A stretch of DNA of 64,000 bases. Origin: Eledone cirrhosa (Eukaryota). Of the stretch, positions 50,991 to 64,000 are shown piece by piece (positions within the stretch are counted from its first letter, which is position 1; every line of letters starts with the position of its first letter). Both the position numbers and the translations under genes were made by a program. The stretch lies in contig OZ024744.1 of NCBI GenBank assembly GCA_964016885.1, forward strand, positions 88,846,001-88,910,000, written 5' to 3'. The notes below the pieces were generated by a model. It worked only from the letters and a program-made list of their open reading frames with translations, did not search any database and was not told the origin of the DNA.

Positions 50991-51407
50991 ATATACAGAA
51001 AAGCGGAAGTAGTTCTGTTATGGTTGAAATGTTGGAATCCATTTAATTTGAAGAGAATTCGTTTTGCCTGTTAGGTTGCTTCTTGTTCGTTGTGTGTCCA
51101 GGACAGTTTAGTTTGCAGAAATGGATAGAAAGACGAAACATGATGTGTTTAAAAAAAAAAAAGTGTGCGAGAGAGAGAGAGAGGGGGTGGGGGTTAGGGG
51201 TTAGTTTGGTTGTGTGTGCATATGTGTATTTATAGGGATGGATAAAGAGGTGCTGACTGGTGTTACAAATAGTCTGGAACTAGCTGTTGAAACAGTAACA
51301 GCCCAAAACGTCGGGGTCCCGACTCTTTATACCCATACTTTACTACCCTGAGTATTTAGTACTCTGTTGAGTAATAGTCTAACTAGTTTTAAACTGGTTC
51401 TATCCTG

Positions 51408-51454
<47 letters not shown>

Positions 51455-51597
51455 TGTTAAGTATTTCCGTAGAAAAGGTAGAGGAAAGAAGAGTGCTCTA
51501 TCTGTAGTACAGAGCTATTTAATTACATAATAAACAACAATATAATTATTTCATTACCCAATGGAATAATTATATTGTGTTGTTTATTACATAACTG

Positions 51598-51721
<124 letters not shown>

Positions 51722-51794
51722 CAAGTTATATATATACGGGTTGAATCGGAGTAACCACAGTAAGTAAGGTACTCAATACATAGCAGAGTATAAA

Positions 51795-51921
51795 AGTTTT
51801 AATATAGATGAGATTCTGCAGGACTAGAACTGTTTCATTCTTTAGAAATCATCAGGAATCTTGATGATTTCTAAAGAATGAAACAGTTCTAGTCCTGTAG
51901 AATATCATCTATATTAAAACT
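51795..51921. mobile_element. Palindrome (~62-bp arms) containing a hammerhead core (51813-51859, -)
   Basis: Minus strand: CTGATGA-TTTCTAAAGAAT-GAAA-CAGTTCTA-GTC; the mirrored copy has TTGATGA. Confidence 0.68.
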
Positions 51922-51929
51922 ATATATAT

Positions 51930-53765
51930 ATAAAAGAGAAAACACAGGTAAGCATTAAGAGAAGGATTTTATCCAAGTATTTACGACCGTTTCATTGGTA
52001 AGTGCAACCTTATATTGTTATACTGCAAATAGCAACCACTCAATTATAATTGTTGTTCACAGTCCAAATTTTCAAAATAGTGAGTAAGTTACTCTTGAAA
52101 TAATTCTTAATATATAGAGAAAAAACATTTATTTGGAATTGTATCTACTAGTATAGAGAGAGAGGAATTAGAAGGTGAGGGGACAAACGGAATAGTATAG
52201 AGAGAGAGGAAGGGGGAAGAGGTAGGAAGTAGTGTGACAAACTGAGATGGAGGGAGGGGTAGAGGTGGAAGGATTCTTTGGTCAGTTTTGATAGCAGACT
52301 TCATGTCGTGGAATGTAGTGAGTTAAAGAGAATTAAATTGATCATAGTGGGAGGGGTGGATAGAGTGGGAGAGAGAGAGGGGGGAGATATAAAGAGATAA
52401 ATATATATATATATATATATATATAAAATAAAGATAAAGATAATAATGACAAAAATAAAAGCAAAGAAGGGGGTGAGAAAGAAGAAAAGAAAAGATAGCC
52501 AAGAAGGGGAGGGAAGGAAGGAAGAAAACGAAGTAATAGAAGAGGGAGAAGAGAGGGATATATGCATTGGTTTTGTGGGTAATTAAAAGGGTTTAGATAC
52601 AACAAGAGGCTATAAAGTTTAAGTATATGTAGTTTGTCAGTTGGTAGTAAGAGGTTAAGGGTTCGATTTGTAGTGCGAAAACTTCTCTTTGGGTCTATGG
52701 TTACAATAAATTGATCTTTCGATTTTATAGTTGAGTAACTTATTCTTCGAACTGAAGATGTGGAACAGCTCAAGGTCGCATAATCGACAGCTTCTCATAC
52801 CACTCCGATATGGGGGCGCGTTCGATAATTTTTTCCACTTCAGGGTGTATTGATGGTTACTTTCCCTCAGTTGCCAGGTCTTGTTTGCAAGGGTAGTTAC
52901 ATAACGATGCTGGGAATGTTTCATTCCGTAACGGTGTATATACCAACGGGCTTTAAATGAATTCCCAGTCGCTCCGATGTAATACCATTTCTGGTTGTCT
53001 GATTCCACTGTGCATTGGTAAACCAGGTTAGACTGCATACATTCCTTATGTAATGGACAGGTTTCAGGTAGGTGGCAGTGACAGTTCTTATCATGGGCAA
53101 CTTTGGCGTTATTGGTGGGCTGCGATGCCTGAACAAGTGTGTTACGTTTTGTTTGCCTATTAGCGGGTGGTTGTGTATTAGATATTCTGTTGTGTTCGGT
53201 GGTGATTGTATTGTTATTGTTATAAATTTGCGTTTTGGTGTTGTTATGTATCTTTTTAGCGTTAAGCATCTTAATGTGTGCCTCTATATTTAGTGCCGTG
53301 GAGTAAGATAGTCTAATAGATTTAGTGTTAAGGATTTTGCTGTATCTATGTGAATCTGGAAAGTGCTTATTTATTATTCTAAAGAAGGTAGAGGGTAGGT
53401 TAGTACTAATAGAGGTGTTAAATATGGGGTTAAACCAAATATATTTTCTACTGCGTGACTTGTTTGATTTCGATGTTGTATTTCTATTTGCCGTATACTT
53501 TGCAGTTCTATGCGTAAGTGCGTGTGTGCGTGTGTGACCGGAGTTTGTTATGCGTGTTCGTGTGTGCTTCACAGAGGCTTTCATCTATATATTCTACTCT
53601 ATCTAAGTGGCCTTTCTTGTCTAATGCGGTATTGTAGTATCCTGCATGTTCTTCGAAGATTTGTCGGTTAGTCGAGAGGCGGGAGATCCTAAGGGATATG
53701 CTGCGTGGAATGGATTTAATTATGGATAGTGGGTGGTTTGAGTTACAGTTGATGTATACTAAGGA
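51930..53765 (-). mobile_element. 5'-truncated Naiad-like PLE with 3' UTR/pLTR; a ~165-bp pLTR segment recurs at 56008-56172
   Basis: YIN.NSNHP.SIIKSIP.SIS.RIS (RT thumb) and ORF 52655-53584; direct repeat AAAAGAGAAAACACAGGTAAG...GTAAGTTAC. Confidence 0.88.
52655..53584 (-). pseudogene. PLE linker + GIY-YIG endonuclease, open for 309 codons but 5'-truncated
   Basis: RKYIWFNP..STN....F..INKHFP..H; CHC....CPL...C; LVY...YYIGAT..FKARW..H; CRLC..E; CNH. Confidence 0.9.
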
Positions 53766-53894
53766 TCCGCTAAAGTGAAACAATTGTTCTCGGTATGGTG
53801 AACTAACTGTTGTGTAACCACTTCTACCTAACTCGTCCCATGGACTGAGTGCTCTACCCCTACGGATATTACCTTCCAGTGATCTACCACTATA

Positions 53895-54530
53895 TATATA
53901 TAATTTTATAATTGGATATAAAAGAAAAACGAACACAGATATATACATATATGTGTTAAAATCGAAAGGGACCAGATTCGCTAGGTGAAAAGACAATAGG
54001 GTTTGCCTGTCTCAATTTAAGAAAAAATCAAGAAAATAAATACAAACAGAATTGTGGTAACTACCAATCACCCAGACAACTTGGTGCTGTTTCGCAATAC
54101 TAATTAATTGTGAATAGAAATACCAATTCTTGCTCATCAATGGGTGACAAATTAGTATCCTAGACACTTCTAAGTATATTAAGGCACTGAATAGTGTGCT
54201 ATATATAATAACGCACATGGTATATTAGCGTGTCTCACAAACTTACGCCACTAAAAATAGCAGCCAGGTTTATTCAACATTTGAAATAGCTCAACAAATT
54301 AACGGAGCCAAATATATCAAAGGTATATATTGCGTTAGAAACTCAAAATAGTCTCTTACAATAAAATAGCTCTAAGAAAGAGATTTTTCCGAGCTGTATA
54401 TTATAATTGAATATAAAAGAAAAACGAACACATATATACATATATGTGTTCAAATCGCAAGAGACCAGATTCCCTAATTGATTATACAATTCCAGTATTG
54501 GACTGGCAATACTGGAATTGTATAATCAGG
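53895..54530. mobile_element. Element with a ~75-bp direct repeat (53908 / 54402) and a terminal hairpin (54479-54529); possibly related to 61021-61830
   Basis: Repeated ATATAAAAGAAAAACGAACA..GACCAGATTC; TTTCCGAGC.GT motif shared with 61560. Confidence 0.55.
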
Positions 54531-54561
54531 ACCGTAGCGGTATGTCATATATCAAATCATA

Positions 54562-54625
54562 TATTTTATCTGATGAAGACATACTGAAAAGAAACAACAC
54601 AGTACCTTTGAAATATATATATAAT
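54562..54625 (+). ncRNA. Hammerhead motif truncated by a SINE
   Basis: TATTTTAT-CTGATGA-AGA.ATACTG/CAGTAC.TTT-GAAA-TATATA-TA. Confidence 0.55.
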
Positions 54626-54805
54626 TGTTTCTACTTTTGGCACAAGGCCAGCAATTACCCAGTGTATTACTGGTACTTTATTTTATCGACCCCGTAAGGA
54701 TGAAAGGCAAAGTTAACCTCGGCGGGATTTGAACTCAGAATGGCAAGGGCCGTAACTCTACGCTTCAAAGCATGGCGTCCGACCCTCTACCGATACTGCC
54801 AATTC
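54622..54805 (-). mobile_element. Full-length SINE (main family)
   Basis: Matches the other copies. Confidence 0.9.
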
Positions 54806-54935
54806 ATCGATATATAATAAAGCATATATTTTGATTATGTAAATATCTTTCATTTGTTAATATTTTGAATAATATATATATATATCAAATAATTAATTAA
54901 TTATATAATTAATTTATTAAAATAACCAATACACG

Positions 54936-55355
54936 CATAAATATATTCGTATCTCTCTATATTTTAACCACATAAATATATTCGTATCTCTCTATATTTT
55001 AACCACATAAATATATTCGTATCTCTCTATATTTTAACCACATAAATATATTCGTATCTCTCTATATTTTAACCACATAAATATATTCGTATCTCTCTAT
55101 ATTTTAACCACATAAATATATTCGTATCTCTCTATATTTTAACCACATAAATATATTCGTATCTCTCTATATTTTAACCACATAAATATATTCGTATCTC
55201 TCTATATTTTAACCACATAAATATATTCGTATCTCTCTATATTTTAACCACATAAATATATTCGTATCTCTCTATATTTTAACCACATAAATATATTCGT
55301 ATCTCTCTATATTTTAACCACATAAATATATTCGTATCTCTCTATATTTTAACCA
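54936..55355. repeat. 35-bp tandem repeat, 12 identical copies
   Basis: Unit CATAAATATATTCGTATCTCTCTATATTTTAACCA. Confidence 0.97.
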
Positions 55356-55814
55356 CTCTCAATCACCACTTTCAATAATCTTAATATGTTTATCAAGATT
55401 TCGCACATTTTTACTTATTTATCTTCATATTTATTATTATTTTGTATCATCCTCGATGTAACTTGTTTATTTATTTACATTTATTCATGTATTAATTCAT
55501 TTATTGTTATTATCATTATTTTCCCTCTATTTTTCTCTCTCTCTACCTTTATTTCTCCTTTATCCTTTTTTCTCTCCTCTTTCTCTCCTCCTTTCTCTAT
55601 GTCTTTTTCTCTATGTCCTTTTCTCTCTAAATCTCTCTCTTTGTTTTCCTTTTTCCTTTTTCTTTTTCTTTTTCTTTTTCTTTTTCTTTTTCTTTTTCTT
55701 TTTCTTTTTCCTTTTTCTTTTTTTCTTCTTTCTTTCGTTTATCTATCTCTATCTTTATTATTAATATTATTAATGTTGCTGTAATTTGAATTTGTAAATT
55801 TAACGGTTATTCTA

Positions 55815-55928
55815 GTTGTCTCTGATGATCTGATTAAGCTAACATCGTATTTATAATTGAGTAGCACTGCTTCTAGTGTTCAGCAATTTTTAGACAACTT
55901 AATTAGTGAAACAATTCTTAGTCTGTAA
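55815..55928 (+). ncRNA. Hammerhead core with a long stem II; stem I weak
   Basis: CTGATGA (55822)-CTGATTAAG/CTTAATTAG-GAAA (55908)-CAATTCTTA-GTC. Confidence 0.6.
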
Positions 55929-56271
55929 ATAAATTCCTTTTTTTTTGTTCTGTTGACCATGTTATTCTTCACTTTTTCAATTTTATATATATATATATAT
56001 ATATATAGTATAAAAGAGAAAACACAGGTAAGCATATTAAGAGAAGGATTTTATCCAGGTATTTACGACCGTTTCATTGGTAAGTGCAACCTTATATTGC
56101 TATACTGCAAATAGCAGCCACTCATTTATAATTGTTGTTCACAGTCCAAATTTTCAAAATAGTGAGTAAGTTACAAACTTGTGGAGTTACTCCTAACCGT
56201 ACGATAAAACCATCCATGTAACCGGCTATCTTAACCAAGAACTGGATCACAATAAGCAATTTTTTGCTTCT

Positions 56272-56330
<59 letters not shown>

Positions 56331-56498
56331 CATATATACGCATATATATATACATATATATACTTCGTTTTTTAATTTGTTTTGCAAAATTTCGTATCTG
56401 AAAACGTGTGTTGAAACAGATATTGTTATACTTTGGGAGGGTCATACTGCCAATAAAAACATACGCACTTGTTGGTTTTCACTTCAATTTATTGTAAA

Positions 56499-57140
56499 CT
56501 AGCAGTAGTACCTGGCGTTGCACGGAATAAGGTATTTTGGAACACGGGCCGCCAACAGACCTAATCGTGGAAAAACTGCATGCCTGCGCAATATGAAGAT
56601 AAAATGAACCGAATACTCTGATAGCTGGATAATCTTTAAGATTTTCCTCGATGAAGCAGGGGAAATGCAAGTTTTCACTTAATTCGGGCCCTAGGAGTTC
56701 AAGAAAATAATTTTTTTTTATGTGCATAAAATGCCTTGAAATTTAGGGAAAATCGACTAGACGTAACGCCTCTTAAAAGCCCTAAAAAGCTGAAAAAAGG
56801 AAGTTTTTCACCTAATTAGGGCCCTAGGCCATAAAAAAGTTGGATTTCCTTTGCTCACGCTATGAAGAAGAGACAGACTATTACATAGTTACAATTTGAA
56901 GGAAATCAGTCTGACGTAACACCTCAAATAAATCCCCCAAAACTGGAAAAAACGCAGTTTTTCACCGAATGCGGAAGTCAAAAAGTTGAATATTGTTTAT
57001 GTGCGTAACACTCCCTGAAACATAAGTAATACACATGTAAAGTTTGAAAAAAGTCGGTTCAGTACTTCTCGAGTTTTATGGATTCGAACTCACACACACA
57101 CATACACACACATAGAGATTCTCTGTTTTATATATATAGA
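56499..57140 (-). mobile_element. Non-autonomous Helitron, second copy of 30801-31441
   Basis: A|TC...hairpin...CTAG|T on the minus strand, no TSD, colinear with the first copy. Confidence 0.87.
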
Positions 57141-57298
57141 TGATTTCTAGTAGAGGCACAAGGCGAGTAATTTTGGGGGGAGGGTAAGTCGATTAAATCG
57201 ACCCCAGTGCACTACTGGTGCTTTATTTTATCGACCCCATAAGGATGAAAGGCAAAGTTAACCTCGGAAGGATTTGAACTCAGACCGTAAAGGGCCGA
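57141..57298 (-). mobile_element. 5'-truncated SINE, long-tail subfamily
   Basis: Same tail as 29512-29723. Confidence 0.85.
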
Positions 57299-58440
57299 GT
57301 GTGATCCTAGGTCGGACCTGACCGATATAAATAGGAGTGATTTCGCTCAATGAACAACACTCGAGTTGTCTGATTGGTTAGATAATACAAATAAGTGTGA
57401 TGAAATCTACTGAACACAACACACTGATGTGTGGTTGGCCAGAGGTCGCTATTTCGCACTTAATTGAGGTGCAATTAAACAGGGCAGACAACCGGGAGCA
57501 AAAACTAATCAATCATTCGCACAGTTTAGGCAGGAGTGTGAAATAGGACAATCCACATACAGTAGGCGTTAAAATTTACACCTGGGTTAAATCGTGCTTT
57601 CTTGGTTAGGAGTGTGAAATAACGCCAAAGTTCAATGAAAAAAATTTAACTCCCCATTCCGCACTTAATTGTGGTGCAATTACACGGGGGAGACAACTGG
57701 GTGCAAAATTAAATTCAATCATCCTAAAGTTAACTAATCAAACTAAAGTTAAGTCAGGGGGATTTACAATTCTGTATGACATGAGTAACCGATGCGTCAA
57801 CTTTCGTTTAAATTGAATTTTATTTCCAGACGTTGAAATGCTTTGCTGCAACCATAATATGAACTTTAACAGTGGTCCAACAGTGGTCCAACAGTGGGCT
57901 CACTGCTCCCCCCCAGGGGGTTCCCTTGCAAAATTCAAGTGATAACGAATGTGTGGTGCTTTATTTTAAGGCAGGCAGTAACCATTTCGTTTAGTTTTTG
58001 TAAGAATCAAGTATAAACTCCCGAGGTTATGGTGCTTTTTTATTGTGGCAGTTTGAAATTTTATAGGTTAATGGATTGGGCTCATTGTCCCCGAGAGGGT
58101 CCTCTTGCTGAATTGAAATGAAAGTAAATGTGCCTCACTGTATCTTCATCTGTAGTACATGAATAACAACTAAGTCGAAATTCGTTTTATTGGACTACCA
58201 ATTATGGAAGCTATGCCGCTTTGCTGCATTACAATAGCCAAATTCAATAAATGACCCACCGGGGCTTACTGCCCCTTGAGGGTCCCCTTGCTGGTTCCGG
58301 GTATAGACAGTGTCTTAAACATCATCTTTAGGCAATGGGTAACCAATGTGTCCGGTAAAGTTAAAATCGAACGTAAACTTCAAAAGTTATCAGGTACTAA
58401 TACAGTGTTAATGAGAACTTCAATAGATAAATCGAAGGGC

Positions 58441-58575
58441 TCTAAAGAAACCGGGTACTGTGTGTAGAGTTATGTATAAAGAGTGTAATCGGTCTTAACT
58501 GAGTGTGTACACACTCAGTTACGACCGATTACGCTCTTTATACATGACTCTACACACAGTACCCCGTTTCTTTAG
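58441..58575. repeat. Spacer-less palindrome (~67-bp arms)
   Basis: TCTAAAGAAAC...CTGAGTGTGT|ACACACTCAG...GTTTCTTTAGA. Confidence 0.9.
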
Positions 58576-59525
58576 ACACGGAGTTCCCACAGTTATGATT
58601 GGTCAATATCCTATCAATTGAACACTACACTAGGTTTTGATCCGTGATCATCTAACCATGGAGTGCTCACGGTTACTGATTGGACAATATTACTTACACA
58701 CCATTAATGGGCTTACACACATCCTCGGGGTTTTGCTATTATTTTTTATTTTATTTTACTTTATTTCTGTGTTGGGTAACACACCTCCACCACTCAAACA
58801 CCTATCTTAAAAGCCCAAGGGCCCATATGACGGGAAAACGCACACACTGACACCTTAACTCAAATACCAAACCCTACACAGAGCCCCTTAGTGGCCTACA
58901 TAGCGGTTGCTTGCACGCACAGATCTGGGGACTCAGATTCTCAATGGGACAACGGCACATACAGAGTTCAATATGAACTGACTACTTGCTCTTCACATGG
59001 ATGTGTATATACCTAAACATACACTTTTTTAGACGATACGGATGGGTATATACCAAAATATACACTATTTACAATTCGATCGATACACGTATAACAGAAC
59101 ATTGAACTGAATTTACTTGCGTCTGTATACGGTTGCGGTTGACCCAATTTCTCCAATTTACATCGTCAAATGGAGATTTGACCAATATAACATTTGTTGT
59201 CTTGTAAACTAACTTTCGGTGAATACTATGTTGGTATATATTTTTTTTTCTTCGACCTCGCGTCGGTGTGTGTGAGTGTGTGTATACTCACTCACACATA
59301 ACTGTGACCGACTGTAATTCTAAAGATTTGATGTTGAGATTAGACCCGTCCAACGTCTTTTCCAGCCATTGAGAGATAGAGATTTGATAGTTTTATGACC
59401 CTAACTAAGGAGGATAGCAGTTGAGGTGTTTTGGCTACTTAATCTTCATATGGGGGACAAAACTCTAGTGAGTGAACATCGTTAAATTTTCTCCCTCATA
59501 TCAAGGATTTGAAGACAATTCATTT

Positions 59526-59599
59526 TCACCTGACGAGATCAGTGATAATCGATCATGGCCGCACGATCGATCTATCTCTTATTGAAACATGTGTCGTGA
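59526..59599 (+). ncRNA. Type I hammerhead ribozyme
   Basis: TCAC-CTGACGA-GAT(..ATCGATC/GATCGAT..)ATT-GAAA-CATGT-GTC-GTGA; palindromic stem III (ACATGT), GUC triplet. Confidence 0.85.
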
Positions 59600-59920
59600 T
59601 TAATATTGATTGGAAATTTAATACCATGCCTTCGGATCTTTGTTTTGATACAAATACTCCGTTTTACATCATCTAGCTGTTCCCATAGATGGAATTGGAG
59701 ATATACAAAAGCGTGGAGAACTTAATATTGCTAACAAAAGTTTATTGGACCGTATGACACAACCAATAATACACCTTACTATATATATCTATATTATATA
59801 TATCTATATATATATATAATATAAGTATTGAAATTTCCGTTGAAAACAGAAAAGGTCATAGAAGTGAAGAGTGCTCTATGTAAGTATCAGAGCAAAATTT
59901 AATGTATAAAAATCAATACA

Positions 59921-60831
59921 ATATAATTACCTCATTACCAGAGGTTTCCCGAATGAGGCGAATACAAAAGAAACGTCTTCATTCGTTCGTCAGACGAGGC
60001 AATATAGAACATGGGTAAATACTTGGAAAGTCTCATCAAGAAAAGCAAAAAAACAAAAAAGCAAAAAAGATATAGACAAATGAATTAGAATATGAAATAT
60101 ATAATAATCTTTCAAGAAATATAGTTAGGTGTGTATATATGTATGTATATACGCTCACAGATGTGCATATATGTGTATGCACATATGTATACGTATAGTG
60201 AAAAAGTGTGCATAAATATATAATTTAGGGCAAATGTATCTGTATGTCTGTAATCTACAGACAGAATAGATACATCATAAGAATATGAAGGCACGCGCAT
60301 AAACACACCTACACACACGTACACTTAGATGTGGAAGTAAAAGAGGTAAGGGAGTGTAATAATTAAAGGAAAGTATCAATCTCGATATATTTATACACTC
60401 CCTTACCTCTTTTACTTCCGCATCTAAGTGTACGTGTGTGTAGGTGTGTTTATGCGCGTGCCTTCATATTCTTATGATGTATCTATTCTGTCTGTAGATT
60501 ACAGACATACAGATACATTTGCCCTAAATTATATATTTACGCACACTTTTTCACTATACGTATACATATGTGCATACACATATATGCACATCTGTGAGCG
60601 TATATACATACATATACACACACCTAACTATATTTCTTGAAAGATTATTATATATTTCATATTCTAATTCATTTGTCTATATCTTTTTTGTTTTTTTGTT
60701 TTTTTACTTTTCTTGATGAGACTTTCCAAGTATTTACCCATGTTTTATATTGCCTCGTCTGACGAACGAATGAAGACGTTTCTTTCGTATTCGCCTCATT
60801 CGGAAAACCTCTGGTAATGAGGTAATTATAT
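59921..60831. mobile_element. Large palindrome (~438-bp arms, ~35-bp spacer) of PLE type, with a hammerhead in each arm
   Basis: ORFs 60112-60324 (-) and 60428-60640 (+) are nearly identical; arms are reverse complements. Confidence 0.85.
59926..60003 (-). ncRNA. Type I hammerhead ribozyme (mirror copy at 60749-60826, +)
   Basis: ATTGCCTCGT-CTGACGA-A.CGAATGA/TCATTCG.G-GAAA-CCTCTGG-TA-ATGAGGTAAT. Confidence 0.82.
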
Positions 60832-60901
<70 letters not shown>

Positions 60902-60925
60902 AATACACACAGACACATACATACA

Positions 60926-61020
<95 letters not shown>

Positions 61021-61023
<3 letters not shown>

Positions 61024-61830
61024 AGTTAATATAAATTAATATATGAAAACACCTAAATGTTTGTATTGTAAAAGACAAAAGTTAGCTAGAATGAAACAAA
61101 CTAATTCAAATTAATATAGCCTGCCTGTATCGATTTAAAAAATAATAAATCAATATACACAAACTTATATTGGCAAATAGCCGTGGTACCTAGACAAATT
61201 TAAATTTCAAAATTCAAACCTTTTCCGCAGATAAATCTGAACCTCAAATTCCAAATAATGTTTCGCAAACGATGGTATACAAGTGAAATAATCAATGTTT
61301 GTGCTTATCAATAGGTACCCATAAAAATTAGGTTACTTCACCTCGAAAAAATTCTGAAGGTCTGGTTTACGAGCACAAACGCATGAGGTTTTGCACTCGG
61401 TTCTTCCAGCTCACTAGCCTCTCATACTCATGGCGCTAGAGATAACAGCCGTTTATATGGAATTAAAGATTAGCTCAACCGAGGGAGCAGTAATATATTA
61501 TATTTAGAGTATACACTCAAAGAGTCATTTACAATTAATTAGCTCAAAGAAAGAAGCATTTCCGAGCCGTGTAATACAAGTTAATATGAATTAATATATG
61601 AAAACACCTAAGTGTTTGTATTGTAAAAGACAAAAGTTAGCTAGAATGAAACAAACTAATTCAAATTAATATAGCCTGCCTGTATCGTAACTTTTGTCTT
61701 TTACAATACAAACACTTAGGTGTTTTCATATATTAATTTATATTAACTTGTATTACACGGCTCGGAAATGCTTTTTTCTTTGAGCTAATTAATTGTAAAT
61801 GACACTTTGAGTGTATACTCTAAATATAAT
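61021..61830. mobile_element. Element with a ~110-bp direct repeat (61021 / 61576) plus a ~140-bp inverted repeat (61498-61640 / 61688-61830), in (TA)n
   Basis: Direct-plus-inverted terminal arrangement typical of PLE pseudo-LTRs; no clear ribozyme core found. Confidence 0.65.
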
Positions 61831-61879
61831 ATATATATATATATATATGTATGTATGTGTGTGTCTGTGTGTATTTATG

Positions 61880-61946
<67 letters not shown>

Positions 61947-62150
61947 GAAACCGGTAACAGACAATTATTAAATATATAAATAGATAAATAAATGCCATTG
62001 TTAAATAATAAATAAATCAACTAATACCTTAACACTTTACACAAAGTAAAACATTTCGTTTTAATCATTTTCTAACCCAGAAAACAGAGAGAGAGAAACA
62101 AAAAAAAAAAAAAATGTTTCTACCTAATAATCGTCTTTCTCCCTGTTTTC

Positions 62151-62249
<99 letters not shown>

Positions 62250-63008
62250 TGTATGTATGTATGTATGTATGTATGTATGTATGTATGTATGTATGTGACT
62301 GTGTGTGCGCGAACATATACAAAGAGAGGAAGAGTGGGAAAGAGAAAATGGAGGAGAAAAAGAGCTAATGTGGGAGTTAGAAAAAGGGGAGAGAGAGAGA
62401 GATAGAGAATAGTTGAGATGAAAGAATATTAACACTGGGGCAACGAAGAAATAGAAAAAATTGCAAAGGGGAATAAAGTTAAAAGGATTTGAGCTGAAAA
62501 ATAGCAAGACAAAAGAAGAAAATATATAAGAAAAGGAAAGAATTTAGAAAAGAATACCCCGCTAAAGAACAGCAAAATGGCCACGGAAAGGTCAAACTGA
62601 GAGGGGGAATGCATTGATTCTATATAAGAAAGGAGATTATTAAATGGTAGAGAAAGAAATGAAGGGAGATAATATTGACAAGGTCCTTGATTTCTTTTCT
62701 TCACAGTTTTCTTTTTACCATCCGACACTCCGCGCTCTCTCTTTCTTTCTCGCTCCTTCCCCTCCCCCTCTCTCTCCCCCTTTATCTCTCACGCACTCCC
62801 TCCTCACTTTTGTGCTTCTCTCTCTTTCCGTCTCCCTCTCACGCACTCACTCCTCTCTCTCTCTTTCACTCTCACTCTTCTTTTTTTATTTCTGTTTTAT
62901 TTCATGTACCTATCTATCTACTCCCCCCTATATATATATATATATATATATACATATATACAATATATCCGTTTATGTATATATATATATATACAATATA
63001 TATATGTC

Positions 63009-63042
<34 letters not shown>

Positions 63043-63087
63043 ATATATACATATACATACATATACATGCACACACACACACACACG

Positions 63088-63177
<90 letters not shown>

Positions 63178-63388
63178 TGTGTGAGTGTGTGTGTGTGTGC
63201 ACAATATGAACCTGAAGATTGCGAAAGCATGAAAGAACTTGTTCAATTAACACTTAACATTTAATATTCTACCATACTATTTCATTTTAATACCATTATA
63301 CATTTTAAAGGATTGTAAATAAAACGAGTAAATCACACAAAGTTGGAATTCCTTTTATTAATATATATATATATATATATATGTGTGT

Positions 63389-63501
<113 letters not shown>

Positions 63502-63729
63502 TATATATATATTTATATATATTCTTTCTTTCTGATTTTCCAGACGACGTGTTCAGACAAGCGGTCAAAGGATGGTTTTATCTCTTGAAGTTGATTGTGA
63601 AATCGCTCATACGATTCTTCAAGTCCTTGTAAATGCCTCTGTCTACAGACTATTTGTGACAAGACACTTGGAGTGTACGATATCTTACGGAGTTTTAGAG
63701 TTCGGTTTTAAAGAGGACACACAAAGACA

Positions 63730-64000
63730 GCAAGAACGGCGGCAACAACGCCGGCAACAACAACAACAACCAACAACAACAATGACGATGACAACAACAA
63801 CATCAACGACGACAGCAACAACAACAACAACAACAACGACGACAGCCACAACAGCAACAACAGCAACAACAACACCAACAACAACAATGACGACGACGAC
63901 AACAGCAACAACAACAACACCACCAACAACCACAGCAACAACAACAACAACACCAACAACACCAACAACGACGACGACAACAACAACAACAACAACAACA
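63730..64000. repeat. (CAA/CGA)n trinucleotide tract
   Basis: Low complexity. Confidence 0.92.

Noticed and set aside
51188-51204. GGGTTAGGGGTTAG as a telomeric repeat
   Set aside because: Only two imperfect units.
51980-52082. Hammerhead in the Naiad pLTR (minus strand GAAA-CG-GTC)
   Set aside because: The 5' box reads TTGAAAA in both copies and stem I is poor; at best a relic.
63540-63620. CAGACGA...GAAATCG..CGATTC as a hammerhead
   Set aside because: Core mismatched and no convincing stems I or II.

Overview
Eukaryotic, AT-rich, microsatellite-dense DNA. The tRNA-derived SINEs and repeat style suggest an octopod cephalopod (inference, not a database result). No intact long host gene is visible. 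1-28.2 kb holds five decayed L1-superfamily (Tx1-like) non-LTR retrotransposon copies, labelled A-E, sitting in (TATC)n or (TCTG)n microsatellites. B-E form a head-to-tail train of about 17 kb. All four copies with an intact 5' end carry a 60-67 nt GT..AG intron-like segment in the 5' UTR, and all four have a splice-donor-like motif at the end of ORF1. In one family a 34-37 nt intron-like spacer would fuse ORF1 in frame to ORF2. 4.0-6.4 kb is a hAT relic inflated by a 31-bp subterminal minisatellite. 29-64 kb is dominated by Penelope-like element (PLE) relics (Naiad- and Neptune-like RT/GIY-YIG), many short palindromic PLE-type insertions carrying type I hammerhead ribozyme motifs, non-autonomous Helitrons, many SINEs, one tRNA-Gly(GCC), an RTE fragment and several minisatellites. 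A few short + strand exon candidates suggest the window may lie within introns of an unidentified host gene. Coordinates were read by eye and may be off by a few bases.
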